Positions 36,545 to 49,190 of a stretch of DNA of 64,000 bases are shown here, piece after piece. The notes below the pieces were generated by a model, which worked only from the letters and a program-made list of their open reading frames with translations, did not search any database and was not told where the DNA came from. Positions within the stretch are counted from its first letter, which is position 1, and every line of letters starts with the position of its first letter. A program made the position numbers and the translations under genes. Source of the stretch: Hypanus sabinus (taxonomy: Eukaryota); the NCBI RefSeq assembly GCF_030144855.1, contig NW_026781408.1:62001-126000 (forward strand), given 5' to 3'.

Positions 36545-39500
36545 GTCATTCAGACCTCAGGACATGAAATTATGATATTGTAGCCATTACTTGGACTTGC
36601 TTGCGCCCAACAGTCTGAGGGATTTCAAGGAACAAATCTGTAGAGAGATTGCGGACTATGCCAAGAAACAAAGGTTGATAAAGTGAGTGATTTTAACTTT
36701 CCATTTATTGACTGGAATCCTAGGCTGTAAAAAGACTAGATGGGGTAGAGCTTATCAAATCTACCTTAATCAGTATGTAAAATTCCTGATGTAGAAGTGT
36801 GCAATAAGCTATTGGGAAGTGATCTAGGGCGAGTGACAGAAATTAGTGTATGGGAACACTTTGTATCTACTGATCATGAGATTCCAAGTAAATACAGAAA
36901 AGCAGAGGCCTGGACCTCTCTTGAGATTCTAAATTGGAGAAAGGCCAATTTTTATGATATTTACAAGGATTTGACAAGTGTGGATTGGGACAGGATGTTT
37001 TTTAGCAAAGGAGAACTTGGTAAGTGGGAGTTCTTCAGAAGTGAAATTTTAAGGGTGTAGAGTTTGTATGTATCTGACAAAATAAAAGTTGAATGGTAAC
37101 TAGTGCAGGGAATCTTGGTTTTCAAGAGATATTGAGGCCCTGGATATCTCGTTCCTCTAAATGCCGTGGACTGTTGGGTGCAACCAAAACTCATTAATGA
37201 CAACCATTTAATAATTCCACTCCTGAACTCATCTGACTTTCCTTTAGTTGTCTTCTTTTGGATTCTAAAAGCTTCCTAATGGTCTTTTGCTCTTTTGTTT
37301 GCCCTCTCCTCTGCTTTTATGTTGGTTTTGGTTTCTCATTTAATCCACGGTTGTGCCCTGCTGTCATTCCAATGCTTCCACGTCTTTGGGATGTATCGAT
37401 TACTCAGCTCTCGAATTGCTCCCAGAAACTCCAGCCATTGCTGCTCCATTGTCACTCCTACCTTTTCCCTTCCAAACAAGTTTGGCCAGCTTCTCTGTCA
37501 CAGAAACATGGAGAAGTTCAGTACAGAAACAAGCTATTTGGCCCATCTAGTCAATGCCAAAAACATTTAATCTCTCTAATGCAACTACCTGCACCGGGAT
37601 CATCACCCTCCGTACCCCTACCATCCAGGTACCTGTCAAACTTCTCTTAATGGTGAAATCGAGCTCATATTCACCACTAGTGCTGACATCTCATTCTGCA
37701 CTCTCACGACCATTTCAGCAAAGAACTTTTCCAAATGTTCCCGTTAAATTTTCACCTTCCCCACTTACCCATGACCTCTGGTTGTCGTCCCACCCAACCT
37801 CAGTGGAAAAAGCTGCTTGCATTTACCCTATCTATACCCTCATAATTTTGTTTACTTCTAACAAATCCTCAAAGCAATGTAAAATTTCTTTGTTTATGTT
37901 TGGAGCCTTTTTTAGGTGTATAAGATGATGAGGGGCATTGAGTGTGTGGAGAGCCAGAGGATTTTTTCCCAGCGTTAACATGGCTAACAGGAGGGGGCAT
38001 AGTTTTAAGGTGCTTGGAAATATATGCGGAGGGGATGTCAGGGGTAGGTTTTTTACACAGTGAGTGTTGGATGTGTCGAATGCACTGCCAGCAGCGGTTG
38101 TCGAGGCGGATACAACAGGGACTTTTCACACTCTCTTAGATAGTTACATGGAGCTCAGAAACATAGAGGACTATGCGCTAGGGAAACTCCAGGCAGCTTC
38201 TAGAGTAAGTTACATAGTCGGCACAGCACTGTGGGCCAAAGGGTCTGTAATGTGCTATAGATTTCTATCATTCTATGAAATTCAAGGGAAATCTCCAAAC
38301 CCACGGAGTGGTGACTAGTAGTGAATATTGGGAAAGTTACTGGAACGTATGACCAGGAACCGGAAATATAAGTATTTGGATAGATGTGGAATGATTAAGA
38401 ATAGGCAACATGGCTTTGCGCAGGATAGGTCATGTCTAACCAATCTTATAGAGTCTCTCGAGGAAGTTATCAGGATAGTGGATGAAGACAAGGCAGTGGA
38501 TGTTGTCTACATGGATGTTAGCAAGGCACTTGACAAAGTCTCATATGGGAGGTTGGTCAAGAAGGTTCAGTCACTCAGCATTCTAGATGAGATAGTAAAT
38601 TGGATGAGACACTGTCTTTGGCAGAAGCCAGAGTGTGGTAGCAGATGGTTGCCTCTCTGACTGGAGGCCTGTGACTAGTGGTTGCCACAGGGATCAGTGC
38701 TAGATCTGTTGTGGTTTGTCATCTATATCAGTAATCTGGATGATAGTGTGGTTAACTGGATTAGCAGATTTATGACCACCAAGACTGGTGGTGTAGTGGA
38801 CAGCGAGGAAGACTATCATGGCTTGCAGTGCAATCTGGACCCCCTGGGAAAATGGTTTGAGAAATGGAAAATGGAATTTAATTCAGACCAGTGTGAGCTG
38901 TTGCACTTTGGTTTGACCTACCAAGGGAGGTCTTTCACAGTGACTGGTCGGGCACGGAGGAGTGTTGTAGAAGAAAGGGACCTGGGAATACAAGTCCTTA
39001 ATTCACTGAAAGTGGTATCACAGTTAGATAGTGACGGAAAGAAAGATTTTAGCCCATTGGCTTTCGTGAACCAAATCCTGACAATAGATGGATATTATGT
39101 TGACTTGTAAAAGAGGCCTAATTTGGAGTATTGTGTGATGTTTTGGTCACCTACTGACAGGAAAGATTTAAAAGAGATTCAAAGATTTCAGATAAAATTC
39201 ACAAGGCTGTTGTCAAGTTTGGAGGACTTGGGTTATAAGGAAAGATTGAACAGGTCAGGACTTTATTCTTTGGAATGTAGAAGATTGAGGTGAGATTTGA
39301 TTGTGGTAGAGGGGCATAGATAGTGTAAATGCAAGCTGGCTTTCTCCACTGAGATTGGGTAGGACTTCAACCAGTGGCCAGGGGTTAAGGGTGAAAGGTG
39401 AAATGTTAAGGGGAACATGAGGGGAAGCTTCTGCACACAGATGGTCATCTAGGTTTGGAATGAGCAGCCAGCACAAGTGGTGCACGCGAGCTCGATTTCA

Positions 39501-39615
39501 ACATTTAGGAAGTTCGTGTAGGTACCTGGATTGTAGGAGTGTGGGAGGGGTAATTTAAATAGTTCAGCACAAGACTAGATGGCCCAAAGGACCTGTTTCT
39601 GTGTTGTACTTTTCT
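36545..39615. mobile_element. Nested CR1 fragments, mostly plus strand; RT and 3' end at 38320-39615
   Basis: LNWRKANF, QHGFAQDRSCLTNL, PQGSVL, WKMEFNSDQC. Minus-strand pieces at 37140-37870. Confidence 0.85.
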
Positions 39616-40516
39616 ACAAGAACTTGAAATATTACAAAAATTCACTCTAACCCCTTTTACCAGCTGTGCGGACCAACCAGTCATCTCAGCAGGAATTTTT
39701 TTATATGGTGTTAAAGCTGTAGCACTTTAAGTTAATAATACATAAAAGAATTCCCAGATGCACATCCACAAAGACAATTTGCGTGAGACTGTTTCAGTTA
39801 CTGTGGGGCCAGGCACCCATGTAGCTCAGCAGGAACAGGGAATAATACCAATGGAGAGAGTCAAACTGAGCCAGTTCACAGATTGGAGACGGCAGAAATG
39901 CCCCATTCTTATAGAGACAGGAAGAGCTTCAGGGAATTGATGGTCATTCCAGATACCAGCACTCTGCCCAGTCAGAAGATGATTTCTCTGTCCAACTTGG
40001 GTTGAACCTCACTGTAACCGTGTGATACCAAGTCAAACCATGGCAACTCAAGTAATCTCATCTGAAATGTTGTCCTAAACCCATTGATGGATTTTGTAAA
40101 TGTTTTCACAGGTTAAAAACGAGAAGGAATTTGTCGCCGGGGATCTCAAACAGAAAACGCCAGTTTTGCTGTCTCTGTCTGGATATTTAAGAAGTGGAGC
40201 GAGGGATTCAATCGACTATCCTTCCTGCTCAGACTGTGGAGAGGGATTCAATTGATCATTTGACCAAATAGCAAGCCAGTCATCTTACACAGGAGAAAGG
40301 CTGTTCACCTGCTCAGACAGTGGGAATAGATTCACTCAGTTATCACAATTGAAGGTACATCAGCAAGTTCACACTGGGCAAGGCCATTCATCTGTTCTGT
40401 GTGTGAGAAAGGATTCAGTTGGACCTGTGGACACACCAGTCAGTTCACACCACACCTGGTAGAGGCTGGTGATCTGCTGAATTTCTGGGAAAGGATTCAC
40501 TCAGTCATTTGACCTT

Positions 40517-42391
40517 ATGGCTCACCAGCGAGTTCACACTAGGGAGAAGCCATTCACCTGTTCAGTCTGTGGGAAGGGATTCACTCAGTCATCCAACCTA
40601 CGGAGTCCCCAGCGAGTTCACACTGGGGAGAGGCCGTTCACCTGTTCAGAATGTGAGAAGAGATTCACTCAGTCATCCAACCTACGGAGTCCCCAGCGAG
40701 TTCACACTGGAGAGAGGCGCTTCACCTGCTCAGTCTGTGGGAAGAGATTCACTCGGTCATCCAACCTACTGGTACATCAGCGAGTTCACACTGGGGAGAA
40801 GCCATTCACCTGCTCAGAATGTGGGAAAGGATTCAGTGAGTTATCCAACCTACTGGTACATCAGCGAGTTCACTCTGGGGAGAAGCCATTCACCTGCTCA
40901 GTCTGTGCGAAGGGATTCACTCAGTCATCCAACCTACAGAGTCATCAGCGAGTTCACACTGGGGAGAAGCCATTCACCTGCTCAGAATGTGGGAAAGGAT
41001 TCAGTGAGTTATCCAACCTACTGGTACATCAGCGAGTTCACTCTGGGGAGAAGCCATTCACCTGCTCAGTCTGTGCGAAGGGATTCACTCGGTCATCCAG
41101 CCTACAGAGTCATCAGCGAGTTCACACTGGGGAGAAGCCATTCACCTGCTCAGAATGTGGGAAAGGATTCAGTGCTTTATCCAGCCAACTGAGACATCAG
41201 CGAGTTCACACTGGGGAGAAGCCATTCACCTGCTCAGAATGTGGGAAAGGATTCAGTGAGTTATCCAGCCTACTGAGACATCAGCGAGTTCACACTGGGG
41301 AGAAGCCGTTCACCTGCTCAGAATGTGGGAAAGGATTCAGTGAGTTATCCAGCCTACTGAGACATCAGCGAGTTCACACTGGGCAGAAACCGTTCACCTG
41401 TTCAGAATGCGGGAAGAGATTCACTCAGTCATCCCAACTACAGAGTCATCTGCCAGTTCACACTGGGGAGAGGCCATTCACCTGCTCAGACTGTGGAAAA
41501 GGATTCACTCTGATATCCCGCCTACAGAGACATCAGCGAGTTCACACGGGGGAGAAGCCATTCAACTGCTCAGTCTGTGGGAAGGGATTCACCCAGTCAT
41601 CCCACCTACGGAGTCACCAGCGTGTTCACACTGGGGAGAAGCCATTCACCTGCTCAGTCTGTGGGAAGAGATTCACTGTGTCATCCCACCTACAGAGTCA
41701 TCAGCGAATTCACACTGGGGTGAAGCCGTTCACCTGCTCAGAATGTGGGAAGGGATTCACTCAGTCATCCAACCTACGGAGTCATCAGCGAGTTCACACT
41801 GGAGAGAGGCCATTCATCTGCTCAGAATGTGGGAAGAGATTCACTCAGTCATCCGCCCTACAAAGACACCAGCGAGCTCACACTGGGGAGAAGCCGTTCA
41901 CCTGCTCAGAATGTGGGAAGGGATTCACTCAGTCATCCTACCTACTGAGACATGAGAGTGTTCACACCGGTGAAAAGCCGTTCAATTGCACAGAATGTGG
42001 GAAACGGTTCACTCTGTCATCCCACCTTCTGGAACACCAGCGAGTTCACACTGGGGAGATGCCGTTCCCCTGCTCAGAATGTGGGAAGAGATTCACTCGC
42101 TCATCCGACCTGCAGAATCATCAGCGAGTTCACACTGGAGAGAAGCCATTCCCCTGCTCAGAATGTGGGAAGAGGTTCAGTCACTCACGCTCCCTGCAGA
42201 GACACCAGTCAGTTCACACTGGGGAGAAGCCGTTCATCTGCTTAGTCTGTGGGAAGAGATTCACTGAGTCATCCAGATTACTGGAACATCAGCGAGTTCA
42301 CACTGGGGAGAAGCCGTTCATCTGCTTAGTCTGTGGGAAGAGATTCAATAACTCATCCAGATTGCTGGAACATCAGCGAGCTCACACTTGA
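40517..42391 (+). CDS. Tandem C2H2 zinc-finger protein A, 624 aa, 22 finger units (fingers 1-2 have His to Pro)
   Basis: CxxC-x12-HxxxH units with TGEKP linkers. Exon acceptor TTTTCACAG at 40111. The ORF ends at GGA>TGA in a linker, and two decayed fingers follow up to 42549. Confidence 0.92.
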   Translation: MAHQRVHTREKPFTCSVCGKGFTQSSNLRSPQRVHTGERPFTCSECEKRFTQSSNLRSPQRVHTGERRFTCSVCGKRFTRSSNLLVHQRVHTGEKPFTCSECGKGFSELSNLLVHQRVHSGEKPFTCSVCAKGFTQSSNLQSHQRVHTGEKPFTCSECGKGFSELSNLLVHQRVHSGEKPFTCSVCAKGFTRSSSLQSHQRVHTGEKPFTCSECGKGFSALSSQLRHQRVHTGEKPFTCSECGKGFSELSSLLRHQRVHTGEKPFTCSECGKGFSELSSLLRHQRVHTGQKPFTCSECGKRFTQSSQLQSHLPVHTGERPFTCSDCGKGFTLISRLQRHQRVHTGEKPFNCSVCGKGFTQSSHLRSHQRVHTGEKPFTCSVCGKRFTVSSHLQSHQRIHTGVKPFTCSECGKGFTQSSNLRSHQRVHTGERPFICSECGKRFTQSSALQRHQRAHTGEKPFTCSECGKGFTQSSYLLRHESVHTGEKPFNCTECGKRFTLSSHLLEHQRVHTGEMPFPCSECGKRFTRSSDLQNHQRVHTGEKPFPCSECGKRFSHSRSLQRHQSVHTGEKPFICLVCGKRFTESSRLLEHQRVHTGEKPFICLVCGKRFNNSSRLLEHQRAHT

Positions 42392-42493
<102 letters not shown>

Positions 42494-43313
42494 TGAGAAT
42501 GTGGGATAGGATTCACTCAGTCATTCCAACTACTGGCACACCAGTCAGTTGTTATGAATCCCTAGGTTTTGTTTGCTGTGGACTGTCATTTTAAGAGAGA
42601 GAGATTAAGAAGGTGAATCAGTCTGACTTGCAGCTTGTTTACATCACTCACAGCTTGTTCAGTTTTAACTGAGGACACAGACACTCAGAGTCAGACGGAG
42701 ATGAAGGAGGAAAAATGGAAAGATCGATACAAGGGAAATAGGTGCCAAGGGTCACTGTTTGGAATTTTCCTATGCCCGCAAGTATGGGTTAATTATCGAT
42801 TCATCGTACACCGAATGTGTGGTTGTCACCTTGTTTGATCCATAGGAGTGGATCTGATTTGGGGTATCATGTGAAGACCACCGATGTGTTAACCCTTGCC
42901 TGGGTGTGGTGTGGTAATTCACTTGAAGACGATACGCCTTGTGACAAGTCACTTTGGGTGATAATTAGTATGTGGATTTGGAAGGATGACAGATAATATC
43001 TACAGTGACTGTTCTCTTGTTTTACCACCATGGAACCTGTGGAATTCGACATAATTGCCTTCTCTCGACATTTACCCTGGATTACATATATCTCTCTCAT
43101 CACCTATTCTGTGGTTGAACTGAACTTTCATACTTTACCATCTCAAGACTCCAAGCCTTGTTCTCCCCAAGCTCAATAGTTTTGGATTTATATTTACACA
43201 CATATATACACATAACACTGTTAACTTTTGTTTATCTTGCTTAAGTTACTATATTATAAGTCGATTCTAATAAAGATAGTTTTAAGATCAAAAACAGACT
43301 CCTGGTGTAGTCT

Positions 43314-43547
43314 CCACGAGGAAATCTGCAGATGCTTGGAAGTCAAACACACACAAAATGCTGGTGGAGCACAGCAGGCCAGGGAGCATCTATAAGGAGA
43401 AGCACTGTCAACGTTTCAGGCCGAGACCCTTTGTCAGGCAGTCTCAGGCAGTCCTGATGAAGGGTCTCGGCCTGAAACGTCGACTATGCTTCTCCTTATA
43501 GATGCTGCCTGGCCTGCTGTGTTCCACCAGTATTTTGTGTGTGTTGT
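43314..43547. mobile_element. Palindromic Penelope-derived element inside the LTR, 14-bp TSD
   Basis: Approximately 100-bp inverted arms. TCC(T/A)GGTGTAGTCT at 43300-43313 and 43548-43561. Empty site in LTR B at about 63321. Confidence 0.88.
43450..43485 (+). ncRNA. Minimal type-I hammerhead ribozyme motif
   Basis: AGUC-CUGAUGA-AGG(GUCUCGG)CCU-GAA-ACGU-C-GACU: stem I, intact core, stem II, palindromic stem III and a GUC cleavage triplet. Confidence 0.75.
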
Positions 43548-43606
43548 TCCAGGTGTAGTCTATTGGTGCTGATTCGTTTCTAAAGCTTTACGATTCATAA
43601 CAAAAT

Positions 43607-43625
43607 TGGGGCCTGCATCTGGGAT
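43607..43625 (+). promoter_or_regulatory. Degenerate tRNA-Pro PBS
   Basis: TGGGGCCTGCATCTGGGAT, 4 bp after the LTR. The paralog is at 63379-63397. Confidence 0.7.
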
Positions 43626-46600
43626 ATGAACAGCTATGGGGGCGTAGTCATTAATTATCGATTTCATTGGGGAAGTCCCTTTTGATATATTTGTGTGTAG
43701 AAAATCAGCAGCGGATGCTGATTATTGTTTGGAAGCAGGAACCTCTGAGGCATTAGAGGATGCCAGATGGATTGAGTTGTTGAGTCTTGCTAGAAGGTTA
43801 AAACTTGCTATGTTGAAATTGACAATGAGGAGGGAACAGATGCAGAGGGTAATAGCTGAACATTATGTATCTGAGGGTGTGTTTAAAGTGGAGGAGTTGG
43901 ACGTGTTTCCTGGAAGTAAACCTAGTGAGCTTGAGCTCCAGGACAAGTTAGAAAAATTAAAGATGGAGGCTGCGGAAAGGCAGAGGCAATTTGAGGCAAG
44001 AGAGGCAGAAAATCAGAGAGGAGGCAGAAAAACAGAGAGGAAGCAGAAAGACAGAGGCTATTCGAGCTGGAAAAGATACAGTGGTTGCAGCAAAGGGGTC
44101 TAGCGTTAGACTCTGGTGATGAGTTTGAGGCCAGTCAGGAAATTAAATTGGTACCTCCATTTGATCAGAAAGAGGTTGATAAATACTTACAGCATTTTGA
44201 GAAGGTTGCTTAGAATTTAAAGTGGCCAAAAGAGGGTTGGTTCTCTTACAAAGGGGGAGGCTCAGCAAGCCTATTCTGCTTTGACAGTTGATGAAGCAGC
44301 TGATTGTGACATAGTGAAACAGGCTGTGCTCAAAGCTTACGAGTTGGTCCCAGAATCATACAGGCAAAAGTTTAGAAATTTGTGGAAATCTGTGAACCGG
44401 ACATATGTAATTTGCTTATGAGAAGTCTGTGTGTTTTGATCGCTGGTGCACATATATGATGATATATATGATGATGATAAATATATGATGATTTTAATAG
44501 CTTGAAAGAGTTAGTTTTAATTGAAGAATTCAAAAAGTGTGTCCCTGATGACATAAAAACATATTTAGATGAAAAGGATGCTGCCACTTTGCAGGAGTCT
44601 GCTAGATTAGCAGATGAGTTTGCTTTAACTCATAAGGTTAAGTTTACCCAGAATAAGAGCTTCCAAAAGAGTAGCAGGGGTCACCAGGGTAAACGCGAAA
44701 TTATAGCTGGAACTAGTGACAAGTGTAAGGATGAAGGGAAGCAGTTGAAAGAGAAATATTCTGGTCTTGCTTGTTACTATTGTAAGAAAGCTGGTCATAT
44801 GATGGCTAATTGTTCTGTCCTGAAGAAGAAAAAGGAAAAGGTGTCAGTCCCGAATACCTGTGATCAGTCTGTTGAAGCACCTATCAACCCACAGGGTTCT
44901 GAACATTCTGTTGAGGCTCAGTTATGGACTGAGAGTTCTGACCGAATTAAGAAGGCTTTTGATCATTTTATGTCAAATGGGTTTGTATTAGTAAAGGAAG
45001 GGTGAACCCAAGAACCAGTGAAAATTCTTCAAGTTACTGGCGATTCTCAGTCACTTATATTAGCCAGCGTTCTAAAGTTTGGTGATGAGACTTAACACTG
45101 GTGAGGTAAATCTTATTGAAGGCACTGGGGGTGGCATGGTTTCTGTGCCGTTGTACAAGGTAACTTTACTGTCAGGGTTGGTTTTGGGACCTGTTAAAAT
45201 CGGATTATGCTCCATTTTACCATTGGAAGATGTTGGTTTGCTGTTAGGGAATGACCTAAAATTGTTCCTGCAGTGCTATTGACAACTAAGACAACCGCTG
45301 ACGACCCACAGATGGATTTAAACATTTATCCTTCCTGCGCAGGAACTCGAAGTATGGCTAAGAAGTCTGCCGATGCAGACGGTTCTGTGCAGCATGATTC
45401 TGATACCCATGATAGCCAAAATCGGGATTCAGGTTATGATGTCAGGGAATTTCTGCCTTCATTGTTTCAACAGGATTCAGGTCGTAAGTCTGATGAGAAA
45501 GATGTATCCCTGTGTAGGAAGGAGTTTATAGCAGAACAGAACCGAGACCCTGAGATTGAAGCTTTAAAAGAAACAACTTTCTCAGATGATGAGATTAAGA
45601 AAGTGCCAGCAGGGTATTATCTCAAGGATGGAGTGTCAATGAGGAAGTGGAGGCCACCTGCTATACCAGCGAGTGAGGAATGGGCAATTGTTCACCAAGT
45701 TGTAGTTCCTAAAGTTATATGGCTGAAATTTTAACTTTGGCCTGCAGTATGCCATCAGGTCGACATTTTGGAGTGAATAAAACTGTAAACAGTTATGAAA
45801 TAATTCTACTGGCCTAATTTGAGGAAAGATGTTGTGACCTTTTGCAGAATCTGTCACACTTGTCAAGTTGTGGGTAAACCGAATCAGGTCACGCTAGTGG
45901 CCTCACTCTGCCCTATACCTGCATTCGGTGAACCCTTTTTAAAATTTATAGTGAGGGGTCCTTTGTCCTTGTTAAAGGAACAGTGGATTGATGGGGATGT
46001 ACATCTTAACTTGTTAGACATTGTGTAGAAGTTCAAGAATAAACTACAAGTCTGTAGTCCAGTGAGACAAAACTTAAAGATTTCTCAAAACAAAATGAAG
46101 TGTTGGTTTGATAAGTTGGCTTTGGAAAGAAAATACCAGGTTGGGGATAAAGTGCTTGCTTTATCTCCAATATTGATGAATCCACTTCAGGCTAAGTTCA
46201 ATAGACCGCATGAAATAGTCTCTCAAATTAATGATCTGAATAATGCTATTAAAACACCTGACCAACGTAAACTAACACAGGTGGTGCACATAAATATGAT
46301 AAAGGCTTATTTTGACAAGCAGGCTCCATCTGTGAGTGTTGTTGTCAAATCATATGAATCTGGCAACCCTGAGAATGAAACAATTGACTTGTCTGAGACT
46401 TTTCACAAGCCAAACATGGTCCCAGATAGGCTAATGAACTCAGTTGTTCCAGAAAACATTGTTAACAAGTCGGCTCATCTGCAGCCAAGGCAACAACAAC
46501 AGCTGAAGGAAGTAAGCCTGATGTTTAAAGATTTATTTCCCGATGTTCCCAAGCAAACCACGGTCGCAGTACATGATGTAGATATTGGTCAAGCCAAACC

Positions 46601-47430
46601 GATTAAACAACACCCATATTGTATGAACGTTGAAAAATGTTAAATTGGCTGAGCAAGGAATTGAATATATGCTGAAAATGGTATTATGAGTCCTTCAGCA
46701 TCAGATTGGAGCTCACCCTGCGTTATTGTGCCTTATCCTGATGGTGGTGTTAGATATTGCACTGATTATGGGAAGGTAAATTCAGTAACAAACAGATTCC
46801 TCTCCTATCCCTAGGGAGGATGATTGCATCATTAAGGTTGGAAAAGCTAAATTTCTTACAAAGATTGTTCTGTTGAAAGAGTATTGGTGTGTTTCATTGA
46901 CGGACAGAGGTAGAGAAATTTCTGCATTTGTGACACCTTCTGGGTTCTGTGAATACAATGTTTTCTCTTTTGGAAGGAAAAATGGTCCAGGATCATTCCA
47001 GAGAATGATTGATTCTCTAATTCGAGGGTTAGAACATACAGATGCCTATATTGATGACTTAGCCACAGGGAGTGGCACTTGGGAAAAGCATATCACTGCA
47101 GTCGAAAAGCCGTTTGACAGGCTTTCCCAGGACAACCTTACAGTTAGCTAAGAGTGAATTTGGCCATGCCACTGTGACCTGTCTTGGCTATGTTGTTGGT
47201 CAAAGCAAGTTGGCTCCTGTTCGGGCAAAAGTCCAGACAATTTCTCAAGTTCCTATTCTGACTGCTGAGAAGGCTCTTAGAAGGTTTCTGGGAATGGATG
47301 GATATTATCGTAAGTTCTGTAAGAACTTTGCTGCTATCGCTCTTCCTCTGACTAATCTCCTGAAGAAGCGTGAAAAGTATGTTTGGACTGAACCTTGTCG
47401 GGAGGCATTTGATCGATTGAAAGGTATTAT
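43626..47430 (+). mobile_element. Decayed Gmr1-like internal region: gag (SCAN-like, CCHC), PR, IN (core deleted), RT; 3' truncated
   Basis: ORF fragments 43693-47434: LKAYELVPESYRQKFR, CYYCKKAGHMMANC, CRICHTC, YIDD. Many stops. Confidence 0.93.
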
Positions 47431-48810
47431 TTGAGGTTAGGCCAATCAATGTAGTGCTGTCAGCCAATTTCATTAGCAGGTTGGAGCTGTGGGTGGCAAC
47501 ACAAGTCATGGGTGCACAGAGAGTAAAGGAGAGGGCCAAAGAGACAACCCTGTGGGTTATGTGTGCTGAGGGTCAGAGAGACAGAGGAGATGGAGCCCAC
47601 TCTTACCACCTGCCGGCGATCTGACAGGAAGTCCAGGATCCAGCTACACAAGGCAGGGTGAAGGCCGAGGTCTCTGAGCTCCATGTCGATACTTCACGCC
47701 TTCGTCTGGACTCTCCCTACACTTCCCCTCCCTTGGAAAAGCAGGCCATGCACTCAAAGAACCTCATAACCTGGACATTCTCGCTGCAAACCCGCTCCCC
47801 CATCGGGGAAGAGATACAAAAGCCTTAAATTGTGTAACACCAAGCTGAAGGATGGCTTCCTGTCTGCAGTTATAAGCCAAATGAATGATAAAATGGACTC
47901 GACCTCACAATGTAACTCGACGTGACCCTGCACCATATGTCTATCTGCACTGCACTTTCTCTGCAGCAATAATGCTTTGTTACAGTTATTGTTTTATCGT
48001 ATATCAGCTCGATGTACCGTTGTAATGTATCGATCTGTGTGGATGGTACGTCAGGGAAGATTTGAACTGTCGTTCAGTACATGATGATAATAAACAAATT
48101 CCCCATTTTAATTGTGTGCAAATATTAGACAGACTGAGCTTCTGCTCTGGAACCACAGAAGGAAACTGAACAGTTCTCTTTCTGAGGAACGCAAGTAAAT
48201 AGAAAAGGCTTTAATCTCTCATTACGATCTGCTGTAAGTGGGATCAGATGACTGGTGGTGGGTCTCCCATATTAATATCAGAATCAGGTTTAATAGCACC
48301 GGCATATGTCATGAAATACGTTCAGAAGTAGAACCTAATTTTTAACCATAGTTTTTAACAATTGTGATTTAATATAAGAATATAAATATCACATTGTTAA
48401 ATTATATAAATAGTACAAAATGAAAAAAAAGATGTAATAAACTATTTTAACTGTGCCGACTGTTTGACTGACTGGGTTGTTGCTTTGGAAGTAGTGGAGT
48501 GAAGCTTAACTGAACTGCACACATTTATGAGAAGCTCAGATAATTATAAAAAGCTAAATTCTCACATAAGTGGGTCAGACACCCAGAAACATCGGCAGCA
48601 CTTCAGCAGGTAAAAACAGTGGAATGAAACATGGTGAAAATATTGCCGAAAAAAAACCATATTGTCCACCACAACGAGAGGACGTGACAGATCCGGATCT
48701 CACCGCCTTGTCTGAACGGGGAAAGATGAAGCTACACGTATAGGTAGAGCAGTGACCCGCAGATGCTGCAGATCTGCAGAGAAACGTGAACAGGAAACGG
48801 GATCACGTGG
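45950..48810 (+). repeat. Segmental duplicate of 23008-25885
   Basis: Same gypsy RT, same gypsy/LINE junction, and same downstream unique sequence. Confidence 0.9.
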
Positions 48811-49190
48811 CCGCTTTGGTCTCTCACCCCCAGACAGATGTCCGTTTACCCACTACTCTGTGGAAAGACGCAAACGCCGCTCACATCTCCTCTCACCTTA
48901 AATGTATTAGACATTTCAACCCCCAGGAAAAATATATCGTCTGTCCACTCTGTCTATTCCTCTCGTAATCTTATAAACGTCCATCCAGTCTCACCCCAGC
49001 CTGCGCCGCTCTGGAGAAAACAACATAAGTTTGTCCAGCCTCTCGTTATAGCTCATGTCCTCTAATCCAGGCAGTGTCCTGGTAAACCTCTTCCCCGCCC
49101 TGTCCAAAGCCCCAACATCCTTCCGAGAATGGGGGCGACCAGAACTGTATGAAACACTCCAGATGTGGGCTAACTAGTTTTATAAAATTG

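Larger units (their letters stand above)
42550..43602 (+). repeat. 5' LTR of a Gmr1-like element abutting ZNF A
   Basis: Perfect 11-bp inverted termini TGTTATGAATC / GATTCATAACA, AATAAA at 43269, and a PBS immediately after. Confidence 0.9.

Noticed and set aside
39758-39940. 60-aa ORF conserved in length in both units (also 59224-59406), a candidate effector exon
   Set aside because: About 12 of 60 residues differ, many radically, so it looks like neutrally diverging intron. No recognisable domain.
40509-42267. Long alternative-frame ORFs ([10 protein letters not shown].., WEEIHSVI..) over both ZNF arrays
   Set aside because: Standard shadow frames of repetitive C2H2 coding sequence.
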